DNA of 24,000 bases, taken from the sequence record NC_023566.1, one strand, 5' to 3'. The notes under the pieces are model-generated. The model had not been told where the DNA came from. It saw only the letters and a program-made list of their open reading frames with translations, and did no database searches. Positions 1-7,680 of this stretch are shown piece after piece; positions within the stretch are counted from its first letter, which is position 1, and every line of letters starts with the position of its first letter. Source of the stretch: Rhizobium phage vB_RglS_P106B. The position numbers were made by a program, and so were the translations under genes.

Positions 1-947
1 TTTGCGTGAAACTCGGAATTACTCACGTCATTTCGAATTTTGGGACAAACGATTACGGCGGCGGAACGGCACTTGCAACGTTGCAAGGGTATCTCACGGC
101 AATGCGTGACGCAGTGCGCGCGGCTGGTATGAAGTTCGTACAATGCACCATGTTGCCGCGTACAAAGGTCAACAATACACCAGTTACAACAACGTCCGTA
201 ACGTCGTCTGGAAACATCATAACTGTTGCAGTTCCGGACGCGACTAAATTCATTCCGGACATGGCTTATAATCTAGCCGGTGCGAATGAAACGGAATACA
301 ACGGAACTAAATATTGCACGGCGGTCGATACCGTCAACAACACATTATCGCTGTTGTTTATTGGTTCGGCGTCCGCAACGGCAACAGGAACAATTACCAT
401 CGTTCCTTGGAAGCCAACCGCAGCAGCCGCATTTATGGAACCGTTAAGCGCGTTCTTCGATCCTGGTGCTAATTCGCCACGCGGTCTATTCAATGCGTGG
501 GTACGTGGCGGCGCATTTGACGACTACATTGATTGGGGCGATGCGTGCGAACCAAGCCGCGACAGCGGACGTTGGTTAGTAGCAGGAGAAAGCCCGCAAA
601 TTCCCGCGCCGCAGCTTATCACCGTAAGCAGCGTAATAAGCACGTCGCGTTTCAACTCCAATTATAACCGTGGTTCAAGCACGATACCGAATGGATTTGT
701 TCAACCGTTAACCGGAACAAATATAGGCGTTATTAAAAACGGTAACGGCAACACAAACGGTGATATTACTGTGACGTCTGCATTTGCAAACGCGCAAGCG
801 GTTGGTCATCAATATTATGCGATGCCGGGCGTAAGTTATACCGGTGACGATGGTACGCACGTGCGCGTTGCGGCGGGTGGTAAAGGCGGGCAATCGTTGC
901 TTGACAATGCAAGCGCCGCTTGGTTAGATGTGAAATTAGCAGCTTAA
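1..947 (+). CDS. SGNH/GDSL-type hydrolase, C-terminal part; 5' end probably truncated by the window edge
   Basis: The reading frame is open to base 1. Translation has a block III-like 'SNFGTNDY', then 'MRDAVRAAGMKFVQCTMLPRT', and a C-terminal 'DDGTHV' (DxxH-type catalytic block). The N-terminal GDS block is not in the window. Confidence 0.72.
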   Translation, partial: CVKLGITHVISNFGTNDYGGGTALATLQGYLTAMRDAVRAAGMKFVQCTMLPRTKVNNTPVTTTSVTSSGNIITVAVPDATKFIPDMAYNLAGANETEYNGTKYCTAVDTVNNTLSLLFIGSASATATGTITIVPWKPTAAAAFMEPLSAFFDPGANSPRGLFNAWVRGGAFDDYIDWGDACEPSRDSGRWLVAGESPQIPAPQLITVSSVISTSRFNSNYNRGSSTIPNGFVQPLTGTNIGVIKNGNGNTNGDITVTSAFANAQAVGHQYYAMPGVSYTGDDGTHVRVAAGGKGGQSLLDNASAAWLDVKLAA

Positions 948-970
948 ACGTTAACAGAAGGGAAACCGAA

Positions 971-1294
971 ATGAACGACATGGTAAAGACTGTTACAATC
1001 GAAACTGAAAATGGTCCGGTGATCATCAACGAAGCGGACTTCAAGGAAGGCGAACACAAACTGGCGTCCGGTAGCGTTGCGCCCGCTCCGGAGCCGGTGC
1101 AGCAGACAACGCCCGTCCAGGTCCAGGGCGGCAACGGCGAAACGCTTCTGGTATCGAAGAAAGGCAAGAAGTTCTTTGCCGTCAACAAGGATGGTGAACC
1201 GGTTGAACGTGACGGCTTGGAAAAGGGCGGCTATGACAGCGAAAGCGATGCGTGGGCCGCGATCATGAAGTTAAGCGGCGGAAATAACGCCTGA
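971..1294 (+). CDS. hypothetical protein, 107 aa (start at the ATG after 'ggaaaccgaa')
   Basis: ORF 920..1294 trimmed to the ATG at 971, preceded by a purine-rich RBS-like sequence. Acidic/Pro-Gln linker. Confidence 0.7.
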   Translation: MNDMVKTVTIETENGPVIINEADFKEGEHKLASGSVAPAPEPVQQTTPVQVQGGNGETLLVSKKGKKFFAVNKDGEPVERDGLEKGGYDSESDAWAAIMKLSGGNNA

Positions 1295-1317
1295 CAAGTC
1301 AACCCTGGCAATATATC

Positions 1318-1353
1318 ATGCGGTTGTGTCTCATTGATGCAGCCGCATTTTTC
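1318..1353 (+). terminator. rho-independent terminator candidate
   Basis: Stem atgcggttg (1318-1326) / cagccgcat (1340-1348), 9 bp with one G-U pair, followed by a T-run, in the intergenic gap. Confidence 0.5.
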
Positions 1354-1370
1354 ATTTGGAGATTTAACCA

Positions 1371-1889
1371 ATGGCAAAATACACAACCGCGACCGTTGCC
1401 GGTTTTGAAACGTATCATGAGGCGCGCGGACGGGAACGACCGGGAACGATGACTGATCCAATTGTTGAAGCGGCGTTGCTTGTCGCGTCCGAATGGATTG
1501 ACCGCGTTTATGGATCGTCATTTATTGGACGCAAGACCGGTGGATTTGTCCAGGTGCGCGAATGGCCACGAATTGGAGCGGTGATTATTGATCCGAGATA
1601 CGGTTACGCGTTTCCGTCCGATGCAATTCCGGAACAATTGACAAATGCTGTTTACGAAGCGGCGTGGCGTCAAGCAAATTCGCCCGGTTCGCTTCTTGTC
1701 GATTACACGCCGGGAAAATATAGCTCCGTTTCGGTTGACGGTGCGGTTGCTGTTCAATATCGGCAATTTAGTTCGGCGGCAGACGTTCAGACGTCATATC
1801 CGATCATCGATCAATTGCTATATTGGTTGCTGGATAGCGACAGCGGCGCTTATCTATCGTCTTTTAGCGGCGGTGTTGTACGCGTATAA
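1371..1889 (+). CDS. phage head-tail adaptor / DnaT-like ssDNA-binding domain protein
   Basis: 172 aa: 'AALLVASEWIDRVYGSSFIGRKT...REWPRIGA...IPEQLTNAVYEAAWRQ...', typical of the DnaT-like connector family. Position is consistent. Confidence 0.7.
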   Translation: MAKYTTATVAGFETYHEARGRERPGTMTDPIVEAALLVASEWIDRVYGSSFIGRKTGGFVQVREWPRIGAVIIDPRYGYAFPSDAIPEQLTNAVYEAAWRQANSPGSLLVDYTPGKYSSVSVDGAVAVQYRQFSSAADVQTSYPIIDQLLYWLLDSDSGAYLSSFSGGVVRV

Positions 1890-1890
1890 T

Positions 1891-1924
1891 AAAAGCCCGC
1901 TGCACGGTTCAAATGCAGCGGGCT
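1891..1924 (-). terminator. rho-independent terminator for the minus-strand gene 1956..2447
   Basis: Perfect 11-bp stem agcccgctgca (1894-1904) / tgcagcgggct (1914-1924). On the minus strand it is followed by TTTTATTATA. Confidence 0.75.
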
Positions 1925-1955
1925 AGTAAGCAATCAGAGTTGGGAGGAACGCCGA

Positions 1956-2447
1956 TTACTTGAGACGGAAGATACGCACGGTTGCCTTGTCTTCGTCCTT
2001 CTTCGGATCAACATCATAGGCGGCGAATTCCTTGACCTTTTCCATTTCCGGAACCGATGGCTGATGACCAACAATTGCACCAGACGCGTCTTTGATTGCT
2101 TCGCCGGTCTTCATGACCGGCTGGCCAGCGGCGTCAACCTTCTGGCGCAAATTGGCGTCGTTGTTGTTGACCTTGGAAATCGTGCTCGAAATCTGCTTTT
2201 TGGTCTTGTTCGTCAGACCGATGGAGCCACCAACCGGCAGTTCATCAAGCTTGATTGCGAGTTCCGACTTCGCGCCGCGCTTTGCGGCAACAGGCGGCTT
2301 GATGTCGGTGCGTACCGTGGTGAATACCGGTGCAACGCGGTCTTCCGCCTTCGGTGCGCCAGCCTTCTTGTTTGCGTCGGTTGCAACAGCAGCAGCAGCG
2401 CCGTTTGCAAATGCGGTTGCGGTAATCAGATTGAGTGCGGTCTTCAT
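1956..2447 (-). CDS. hypothetical phage protein, 163 aa, with leader-like N-terminus
   Basis: AGGGAA RBS upstream on the minus strand and a terminator downstream. N-terminus 'MKTALNLITATAFANGAAAA'. Core 'LDELPVGGSIGL...KKQISSTISKV...' and C-terminus 'VRIFRLK' resemble small DUF7303-like phage proteins (tentative). Confidence 0.7.
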   Translation of the reverse strand: MKTALNLITATAFANGAAAAVATDANKKAGAPKAEDRVAPVFTTVRTDIKPPVAAKRGAKSELAIKLDELPVGGSIGLTNKTKKQISSTISKVNNNDANLRQKVDAAGQPVMKTGEAIKDASGAIVGHQPSVPEMEKVKEFAAYDVDPKKDEDKATVRIFRLK

Positions 2448-2522
2448 TTTTATTCCCTTTCAGTTTGACAATTTTGCGCTATGAAGCGAAGACAGGTTGA
2501 CAATTAAAACACACATTGGAGC

Positions 2523-2891
2523 ATGTCAATGGGCTTTTATGATGAAATGCAAAATATCGCTTCTGATGTTTTATCAGAGTTTAAACAGGGTACGATTAAT
2601 TATATCAAAATCGTTCCAGGTGCTGGACCGGCTGACGATCCTGGACCATCAACACCAACGCCTTACGCACTTGATGCTGTTGCAAAAGGCGTGTCTTTTA
2701 AATTCGTTAAAGATGGATTGGCATTATCCACAGATTTAACGGTGACTGCTGCGGTTCGTTCTGATCTTGTGCCGGACATGAAAGGCTTTATTGAAATCGA
2801 TGGTGTTCGATACAAGATTGTGCAAGATATTTCCACGCCCGCAGCCGGAACACGCGCGGTTTGGAAATGGATTGTTCGTAAAGGTAATTAA
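2523..2891 (+). CDS. phage structural/head-completion-type hypothetical protein
   Basis: 122 aa, directly upstream of the head morphogenesis gene. The ATG at 2526 and the one at 2532 are alternative starts. Confidence 0.6.
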   Translation: MSMGFYDEMQNIASDVLSEFKQGTINYIKIVPGAGPADDPGPSTPTPYALDAVAKGVSFKFVKDGLALSTDLTVTAAVRSDLVPDMKGFIEIDGVRYKIVQDISTPAAGTRAVWKWIVRKGN

Positions 2892-2893
2892 AC

Positions 2894-3946
2894 ATGGCTC
2901 TCCGTCCAGGTAGTACCGCGCGTCAAACGCTTGATTATTTGATTGATCTTTTTGAACCGCGCATCCGCGATGCGTTTCTAGCTGCTATTCAAAACGTTAC
3001 CGATGATGCGATCATCATCGATATGATTACGGCGATTGAAAACGGTGATCCTGAACGCGCGTTTCAGGCGTTAGGCTTCTCTCCTGCGGCAATGCGACCA
3101 TTGACGGAAGCCATTGAACAAGCATTCGAGCAAGGCGGCATTCTAACCGGTGACAATTTCCCGGAATATCTGAACACGCCGTCCGGACGCACTGTATTTA
3201 GGTTTGACGTTCGTAATGCGCGATCAGAAGCATGGTTGCGTGATCATTCGTCACAACTCATAACACGGTTGACAGATGAAGCGCGCGAAAATGTGCAATC
3301 GGTGCTGCAACGTGGAATGATTGATGGTCGAAATCCGCGAAGTGTCGCACTTGATATTGTCGGCCGGATCGATCCGACAACGAAGCAACGAACGGGCGGA
3401 ATTGTCGGATTAACGCGCAATCAAGAATTATGGGTTGCCAATACCCGCCGCGATTTGGTGAACCTGGACGAACGTTATTTTACACGCGAATTACGAGACA
3501 AGCGATTTGACCGAATTGTTGCGCGTGCAATTGCTGACGAACGCAGATTACCGGCTGACACAATTGATAAGATCGTAACGGCGTATAAAAATAACGCGCT
3601 CCGTTATCGTGGTGAAAGCATCGGGCGCACCGAAGCAATCCAGTCGTTGAACCGTTCCGAGTGGGAAGCACATATGCAAGCCGTGGACATGGGCGCATTG
3701 CGTAAAGGTGACGTATCCCGGCATTGGGATAGTGCGGGTGATAGTCGCGTCAGATGGTCACACAAGCGAATGGACGCGCTTTACAATGAGAAAGGCGTTG
3801 GGCTTGACGAACCGTTTGTTAGCCCGTCTGGCGCAATCATGATGTATCCAGGTGACACGTCATTAGGTGCGCCAGCCGATGAAGTAATTATGTGCCGTTG
3901 CCGCGTCCGATTAAAAGCTGATTTCCTGGCACAATGGACGGATTAA
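2894..3946 (+). CDS. phage head morphogenesis protein (SPP1 gp7 / Mu F-like)
   Basis: 'IGRTEAIQSLNRSEWEAHMQ...KRMDALYNEKGVGLDEPFVSPSGAIMMYPGDTSLGAPADEVIMCRCRVRL' is the characteristic C-terminal signature of this family. Confidence 0.85.
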   Translation: MALRPGSTARQTLDYLIDLFEPRIRDAFLAAIQNVTDDAIIIDMITAIENGDPERAFQALGFSPAAMRPLTEAIEQAFEQGGILTGDNFPEYLNTPSGRTVFRFDVRNARSEAWLRDHSSQLITRLTDEARENVQSVLQRGMIDGRNPRSVALDIVGRIDPTTKQRTGGIVGLTRNQELWVANTRRDLVNLDERYFTRELRDKRFDRIVARAIADERRLPADTIDKIVTAYKNNALRYRGESIGRTEAIQSLNRSEWEAHMQAVDMGALRKGDVSRHWDSAGDSRVRWSHKRMDALYNEKGVGLDEPFVSPSGAIMMYPGDTSLGAPADEVIMCRCRVRLKADFLAQWTD

Positions 3947-4251
3947 TTGCCAGTATAGAAAATTATCTCAAGTTGGCAATTTTTAGCCAATGCAAGTTCA
4001 GCACTTACACCTAGTGAATTTTCCCAACCTGGAAGCAAAACAATTGCTTCCGCTTCTTCACATATGAATTTGCAATAAGCTGCAAAAGCTTTTCGCAATT
4101 GGTCAACCGTTGGTTTTCCGGCTGGCATAAATTCATGAGGGCTGTAAACGATGTGTCCAGCGTCTCGAAGTTCATTTGTTGCTTTTTGAAAAGCTGGATA
4201 ATTGCTTTCTGGATATCCAGTCATTGGACCGCTTAAATAAATTTTTGTCAT
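3943..4251 (-). CDS. DUF4406 / nucleoside 2-deoxyribosyltransferase-like protein
   Basis: 'KIYLSGPMTGYPESNYPAFQKATNELRDAGHIVYSPHE' N-terminal signature. The stop overlaps the convergent stop of the upstream gene. Confidence 0.85.
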   Translation of the reverse strand: MTKIYLSGPMTGYPESNYPAFQKATNELRDAGHIVYSPHEFMPAGKPTVDQLRKAFAAYCKFICEEAEAIVLLPGWENSLGVSAELALAKNCQLEIIFYTGN

Positions 4252-4269
4252 TGTCTCACTTTCCTACTG

Positions 4270-4494
4270 TTACCATAAGTGGTTGCGGTTCATACCAATC
4301 AAAGAAACGATCACCTTAGCGCCGTTTTTGATTTGCTCGATTTCTTCCGGTGTCGGTTCCCAAGCGGTATGCATGATATTGGAAACGGAGCCGGTTGCGG
4401 TGTCGATAATTGTTTCATCACGTATCGGCAAACCTAAGTAACCCTGGCTCTTGCCGCAAACGCGTGTTGTTCCTTCAATTCTGCTGATTATCAT
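4270..4494 (-). CDS. hypothetical protein, 74 aa
   Basis: ORF 4270..4512 trimmed to the ATG at 4494. It overlaps the 3' end of the upstream gene in a tightly packed operon. Confidence 0.55.
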   Translation of the reverse strand: MIISRIEGTTRVCGKSQGYLGLPIRDETIIDTATGSVSNIMHTAWEPTPEEIEQIKNGAKVIVSLIGMNRNHLW

Positions 4495-5653
4495 TTTCCA
4501 ACTCCAATTCAAGCGGCAATCCGCGCGGTTTTAACATTGGTAGCATTTTCTTTGCAATTTCGATGAAATTAGAACCATTGATATTGCTTGTCAAATGCCG
4601 GATATAAAATTCATTGCGTTCTGTTTTATTAAACGCTTTCTGCGGTGTTCCTTGCGTGTCCCATATTGAGCGCAATTCGTCAGCTTGGGAAACGCATGCA
4701 AAATTAAACCGTCGCAAGAATGACGGATGACCTAACGTAAAAACGATATCGTCCAGGTTCAGTTTCTCGCCAGCATGCTTCACAGTTACCGCAGTTTGTG
4801 CGCCTGGATCGCTCCCAAAGAAACTGCGTCCTTGCATAGTCACTGCGACGATTTGACAGCTATAACCGCGACTTTCGAGAATGTCGGCAAACGCAGCAAC
4901 GATAGAAGCGCGAATTGCCAGCATTTCAGCTTCAATTCTAGCGCTAGCGGTGTTTTCAACAAATAGCGTGATTGTACGTTTGCCCGGCAGTTTCGGACGG
5001 TGCACCATATGCTTAGGATTGCCCGCTAGCAGCCGCCCAACGCTTACATTACCGCCCGCAACGGAATATGCGCGGCGTCGTTGTGTGGCGTTTTCCAGGT
5101 TCAGGAATTCAAGAATAGATGACGCTTTTTCAACGCCTTCTTTCCAACCATCTTTAGCAATCCGCATGGCTTCACCCATGGAGCTAGAGCCGTACCACTT
5201 AGCACCGTTGTCATTGGAATAACCTTGATCGCGCCGCCCGGTGCGCTTGTGCTCCGGTATTGCGTCAATAAATTTCATCATTTCCGACAAGCTGGAAAAG
5301 CCAAAATATGAGATAGGATTTTTATCTTTGAAGTGATTGAAATATGTTGGATCGTCGCCATAAATGACGGACGTTCGATCAGCTATAAATTCTTCTGATT
5401 TAATTTCGCGTTCAATTCGGTCTAACCAAGCTTCCGCCGTTTCCGCTTCCGCTGGCGTTGTGTCTTCGGTGCGTTTCGGCTTGCCGTCCGCTCCGGTAAC
5501 AAGGCAACCCGGCAAGTTCTTTAATTCAGCAAGGTCTTTCGGACCTAACCAATCGAACACCCAACATTTACCGGACGCATCCCAACGCCCGCCCAATTGC
5601 TTCAAGCGGTCGCGATGGTCAAATGTATTACCGGTGACACGAATGGCGGTCAT
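4475..5653 (-). CDS. DUF7192-like protein (degenerate VWA-like core) with DUF5710-like N-terminal segment; putative partner of the CobS-like ATPase
   Basis: N-term 'VTGNTFDHRDRLKQLGGRWDASGKCW'. Core 'WYGSSSMGEAMRIAKDGWKEGVEKA...TITLFVENTASARIEAEMLAIRASIVAAFADILESRGYSCQIVAVT...FTLGHPSFLRRFNFA'. Confidence 0.65.
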   Translation of the reverse strand: MTAIRVTGNTFDHRDRLKQLGGRWDASGKCWVFDWLGPKDLAELKNLPGCLVTGADGKPKRTEDTTPAEAETAEAWLDRIEREIKSEEFIADRTSVIYGDDPTYFNHFKDKNPISYFGFSSLSEMMKFIDAIPEHKRTGRRDQGYSNDNGAKWYGSSSMGEAMRIAKDGWKEGVEKASSILEFLNLENATQRRRAYSVAGGNVSVGRLLAGNPKHMVHRPKLPGKRTITLFVENTASARIEAEMLAIRASIVAAFADILESRGYSCQIVAVTMQGRSFFGSDPGAQTAVTVKHAGEKLNLDDIVFTLGHPSFLRRFNFACVSQADELRSIWDTQGTPQKAFNKTERNEFYIRHLTSNINGSNFIEIAKKMLPMLKPRGLPLELELENDNQQN

Positions 5654-5871
5654 TGTATGCCGTTCAGCTTCTTAATTTCGTCAATCGTGACATAGCCTTT
5701 TTCCAGGCATTCGCGCGGGCTTGCGCCCCAATTGCGTTTCAGGATCGCACGGCAAGCAATGCGCTCATTGGTGGCGGTGATGTAAGACCGCATGTCTTGC
5801 TGTTTCTGATACTCGGAAATTCCGTAATATCCGATTGCAGCTAACACGGCTCCGTAAACAACGTATTTCAT
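5650..5871 (-). CDS. small putative membrane protein, 73 aa
   Basis: 'MKYVVYGAVLAAIGYYGISEY' hydrophobic N-terminus. Start and stop overlap both neighbours. Confidence 0.65.
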   Translation of the reverse strand: MKYVVYGAVLAAIGYYGISEYQKQQDMRSYITATNERIACRAILKRNWGASPRECLEKGYVTIDEIKKLNGIQ

Positions 5872-6071
5872 ATCAGTTCCCTCACATATCGATAAAACAT
5901 TCCGGTATCTTCTTCACAATCGAAATCGCTTTCACTTGCACCAATTCTTTCAAGTGCCGCGTTTACAGCATAACCGATTGCGGGAAATTCCACGTCAATA
6001 ATTTCTCCGCTTGGAAATAGAACAATCCATCTTTGAGTTTGTTCAAACCAAATGCAACAGAATTCATTCAC
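5868..6071 (-). CDS. hypothetical protein, about 67 aa (GTG start at 6071) or longer form to 6137
   Basis: ORF track gives 5868..6137. A GTG at 6071 overlaps the TGA stop of the ATPase gene (GTGA), which favours a coupled shorter form. Confidence 0.5.
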   Translation of the reverse strand: MNEFCCIWFEQTQRWIVLFPSGEIIDVEFPAIGYAVNAALERIGASESDFDCEEDTGMFYRYVRELI

Positions 6072-7189
6072 GTCAGTTTCTCCCGGTCTGTTTTGCTCAT
6101 TCCTTTGAGCAAATAAATTTCGTTCACGTCGTCCCACGTCAAACCGGACGCAAGCGCGCGACTTCCTTTAAATATAGCACGGCTTGACGCAACGTGTCTA
6201 ATTCTTTTCTCGTTTATTTTCTTGCGCACTTCCCAAACGTGTTCTAACCATTTCACATTACCGTTTGCAAACACGCGCTCAAGATTTAAATCATAGTCAA
6301 CGTTTACCGTTGCAAATCGGTCTAGTGATGCAGCGTCCAATTCGTTCCGTCCGATATAAATCCTATCGGCTCCATTTCCAAATGTGTTCGCAGTCGCAAC
6401 CATTCTAAAGAATTGGTTTCGATAAACAGGAACTTCCTTATCAGGGAAAGTTGCAAAGCCGTTGGCAAGTGCGCTATTAGCTGCAAGAAGTGCAGACGCG
6501 TCCCATGCGTCAATTTCGTCTGCAACCCATAAGCCGCCGTGCTCGAAAGCTTGTCTGAATGGCGTTGAATGATATTTTCCATAGCCGTCTACAAACCCCA
6601 TTAATTCATGCGTGTCGTTAATTGTTGACGTGATATAAAACGGCAAGTTCCAGGCTTTTGCCGCTTGCTCGCCAATTGTTGTTTTACCGCAACCGGCTGG
6701 ACCAACCAACATGACCGGATCATTAAGACCGACAATGCGGATAATGGTTTCTGTCATGTAATGCTGCATTCCTTCAAGCTGCGTCACGCCTTGCGGTGTC
6801 ACAACTTCGATTTGACGCGGCGCAAGGCTTTCCAACGTTTCCTTAATCAACTTTTTAGTTGCTTCTCCGCTCAATATCTCCTGCTGCATTTCAGCGCGGG
6901 CGATACGGCGGGTTAGCGAAACTTCAAATCCAGGTGCGTTGACGGCTTCTAGAACCTTGACAATCATATCATGGATATCAGCGGATTGGCTTGGTTTTAC
7001 GGCGTTTTCATGATAGAGATTTGTCAACTCGGAACCGGTCATTTTCTGAACGTCAAATGGATGGAAACCTTTTAATTGCGCCCATTCACGCAACAACGGA
7101 AGATCACCCACGCCGACAATGAATTTATCACGCGGGCCAAGCATCAATTCTAATTCTTCAAGCGTATGTGACATTTGAAATTTATCCAT
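6068..7189 (-). CDS. AAA+ ATPase, CobS/MoxR-like
   Basis: Walker A 'GPAGCGKTT', Walker B 'GLWVADEIDAWD', sensor-like 'FFRMVATANTFGNG'. The N-terminal domain and overall layout resemble phage CobS-like ATPases. Confidence 0.85.
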   Translation of the reverse strand: MDKFQMSHTLEELELMLGPRDKFIVGVGDLPLLREWAQLKGFHPFDVQKMTGSELTNLYHENAVKPSQSADIHDMIVKVLEAVNAPGFEVSLTRRIARAEMQQEILSGEATKKLIKETLESLAPRQIEVVTPQGVTQLEGMQHYMTETIIRIVGLNDPVMLVGPAGCGKTTIGEQAAKAWNLPFYITSTINDTHELMGFVDGYGKYHSTPFRQAFEHGGLWVADEIDAWDASALLAANSALANGFATFPDKEVPVYRNQFFRMVATANTFGNGADRIYIGRNELDAASLDRFATVNVDYDLNLERVFANGNVKWLEHVWEVRKKINEKRIRHVASSRAIFKGSRALASGLTWDDVNEIYLLKGMSKTDREKLT

Positions 7190-7209
7190 GTGGCTAAAAG
7201 GTTGCTAGC

Positions 7210-7680
7210 ATGCCAAGAGGATCAAGGCAAGGTCCGTCAACAACAGATTTTATATTAAACAGTCGCAACAATTCGTTGGCTGCGGATATAGACCGAATTG
7301 TTGTCAACACCGAAAAACGCATGTTGCTGGTAATGAAGCAATCGTTAATTAATGCAATTAACGAAATGCAAACACCAGTCGGCAAAGGTGGCAAAATGCG
7401 GGTTGATACCGGCTTTTTGCGCGCGTCCGGTCAAGCATCGTTAAACGGTATGCCAAGTGGACCGTCTATGAAACCAAAAGAAGGTTCGTTCGATTGGTCT
7501 TCAACGCAAACGGAAGCAACAATTGGTTCAATGCAGTTCGGTGCGGTTCTCCATTGGGCGTGGACGGCTAATTACGCTCGATATCGTGAAGCGTATGATG
7601 GTTTCATGTATTCCACGTTGCAGAACTGGCAACAGATTGTTGACAAAGTCGTTGCAGAAGCAAAAGCAAGGTTCCCCTAA
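7210..7680 (+). CDS. HK97 gp10-like / neck or tail-completion protein
   Basis: 156 aa, 'VDTGFLRASGQAS...FGAVLHWAWTANYARYREAYDGFMYSTLQNWQQIVDKVVAEAK', a signature of gp10-like neck proteins. Confidence 0.72.
   Translation: MPRGSRQGPSTTDFILNSRNNSLAADIDRIVVNTEKRMLLVMKQSLINAINEMQTPVGKGGKMRVDTGFLRASGQASLNGMPSGPSMKPKEGSFDWSSTQTEATIGSMQFGAVLHWAWTANYARYREAYDGFMYSTLQNWQQIVDKVVAEAKARFP

Noticed and set aside
2064-2484. Plus-strand ORFs 2064..2468 and 2092..2484
   Set aside because: Shadows of the minus-strand gene 1956..2447, which has an RBS, a terminator and a plausible protein composition.
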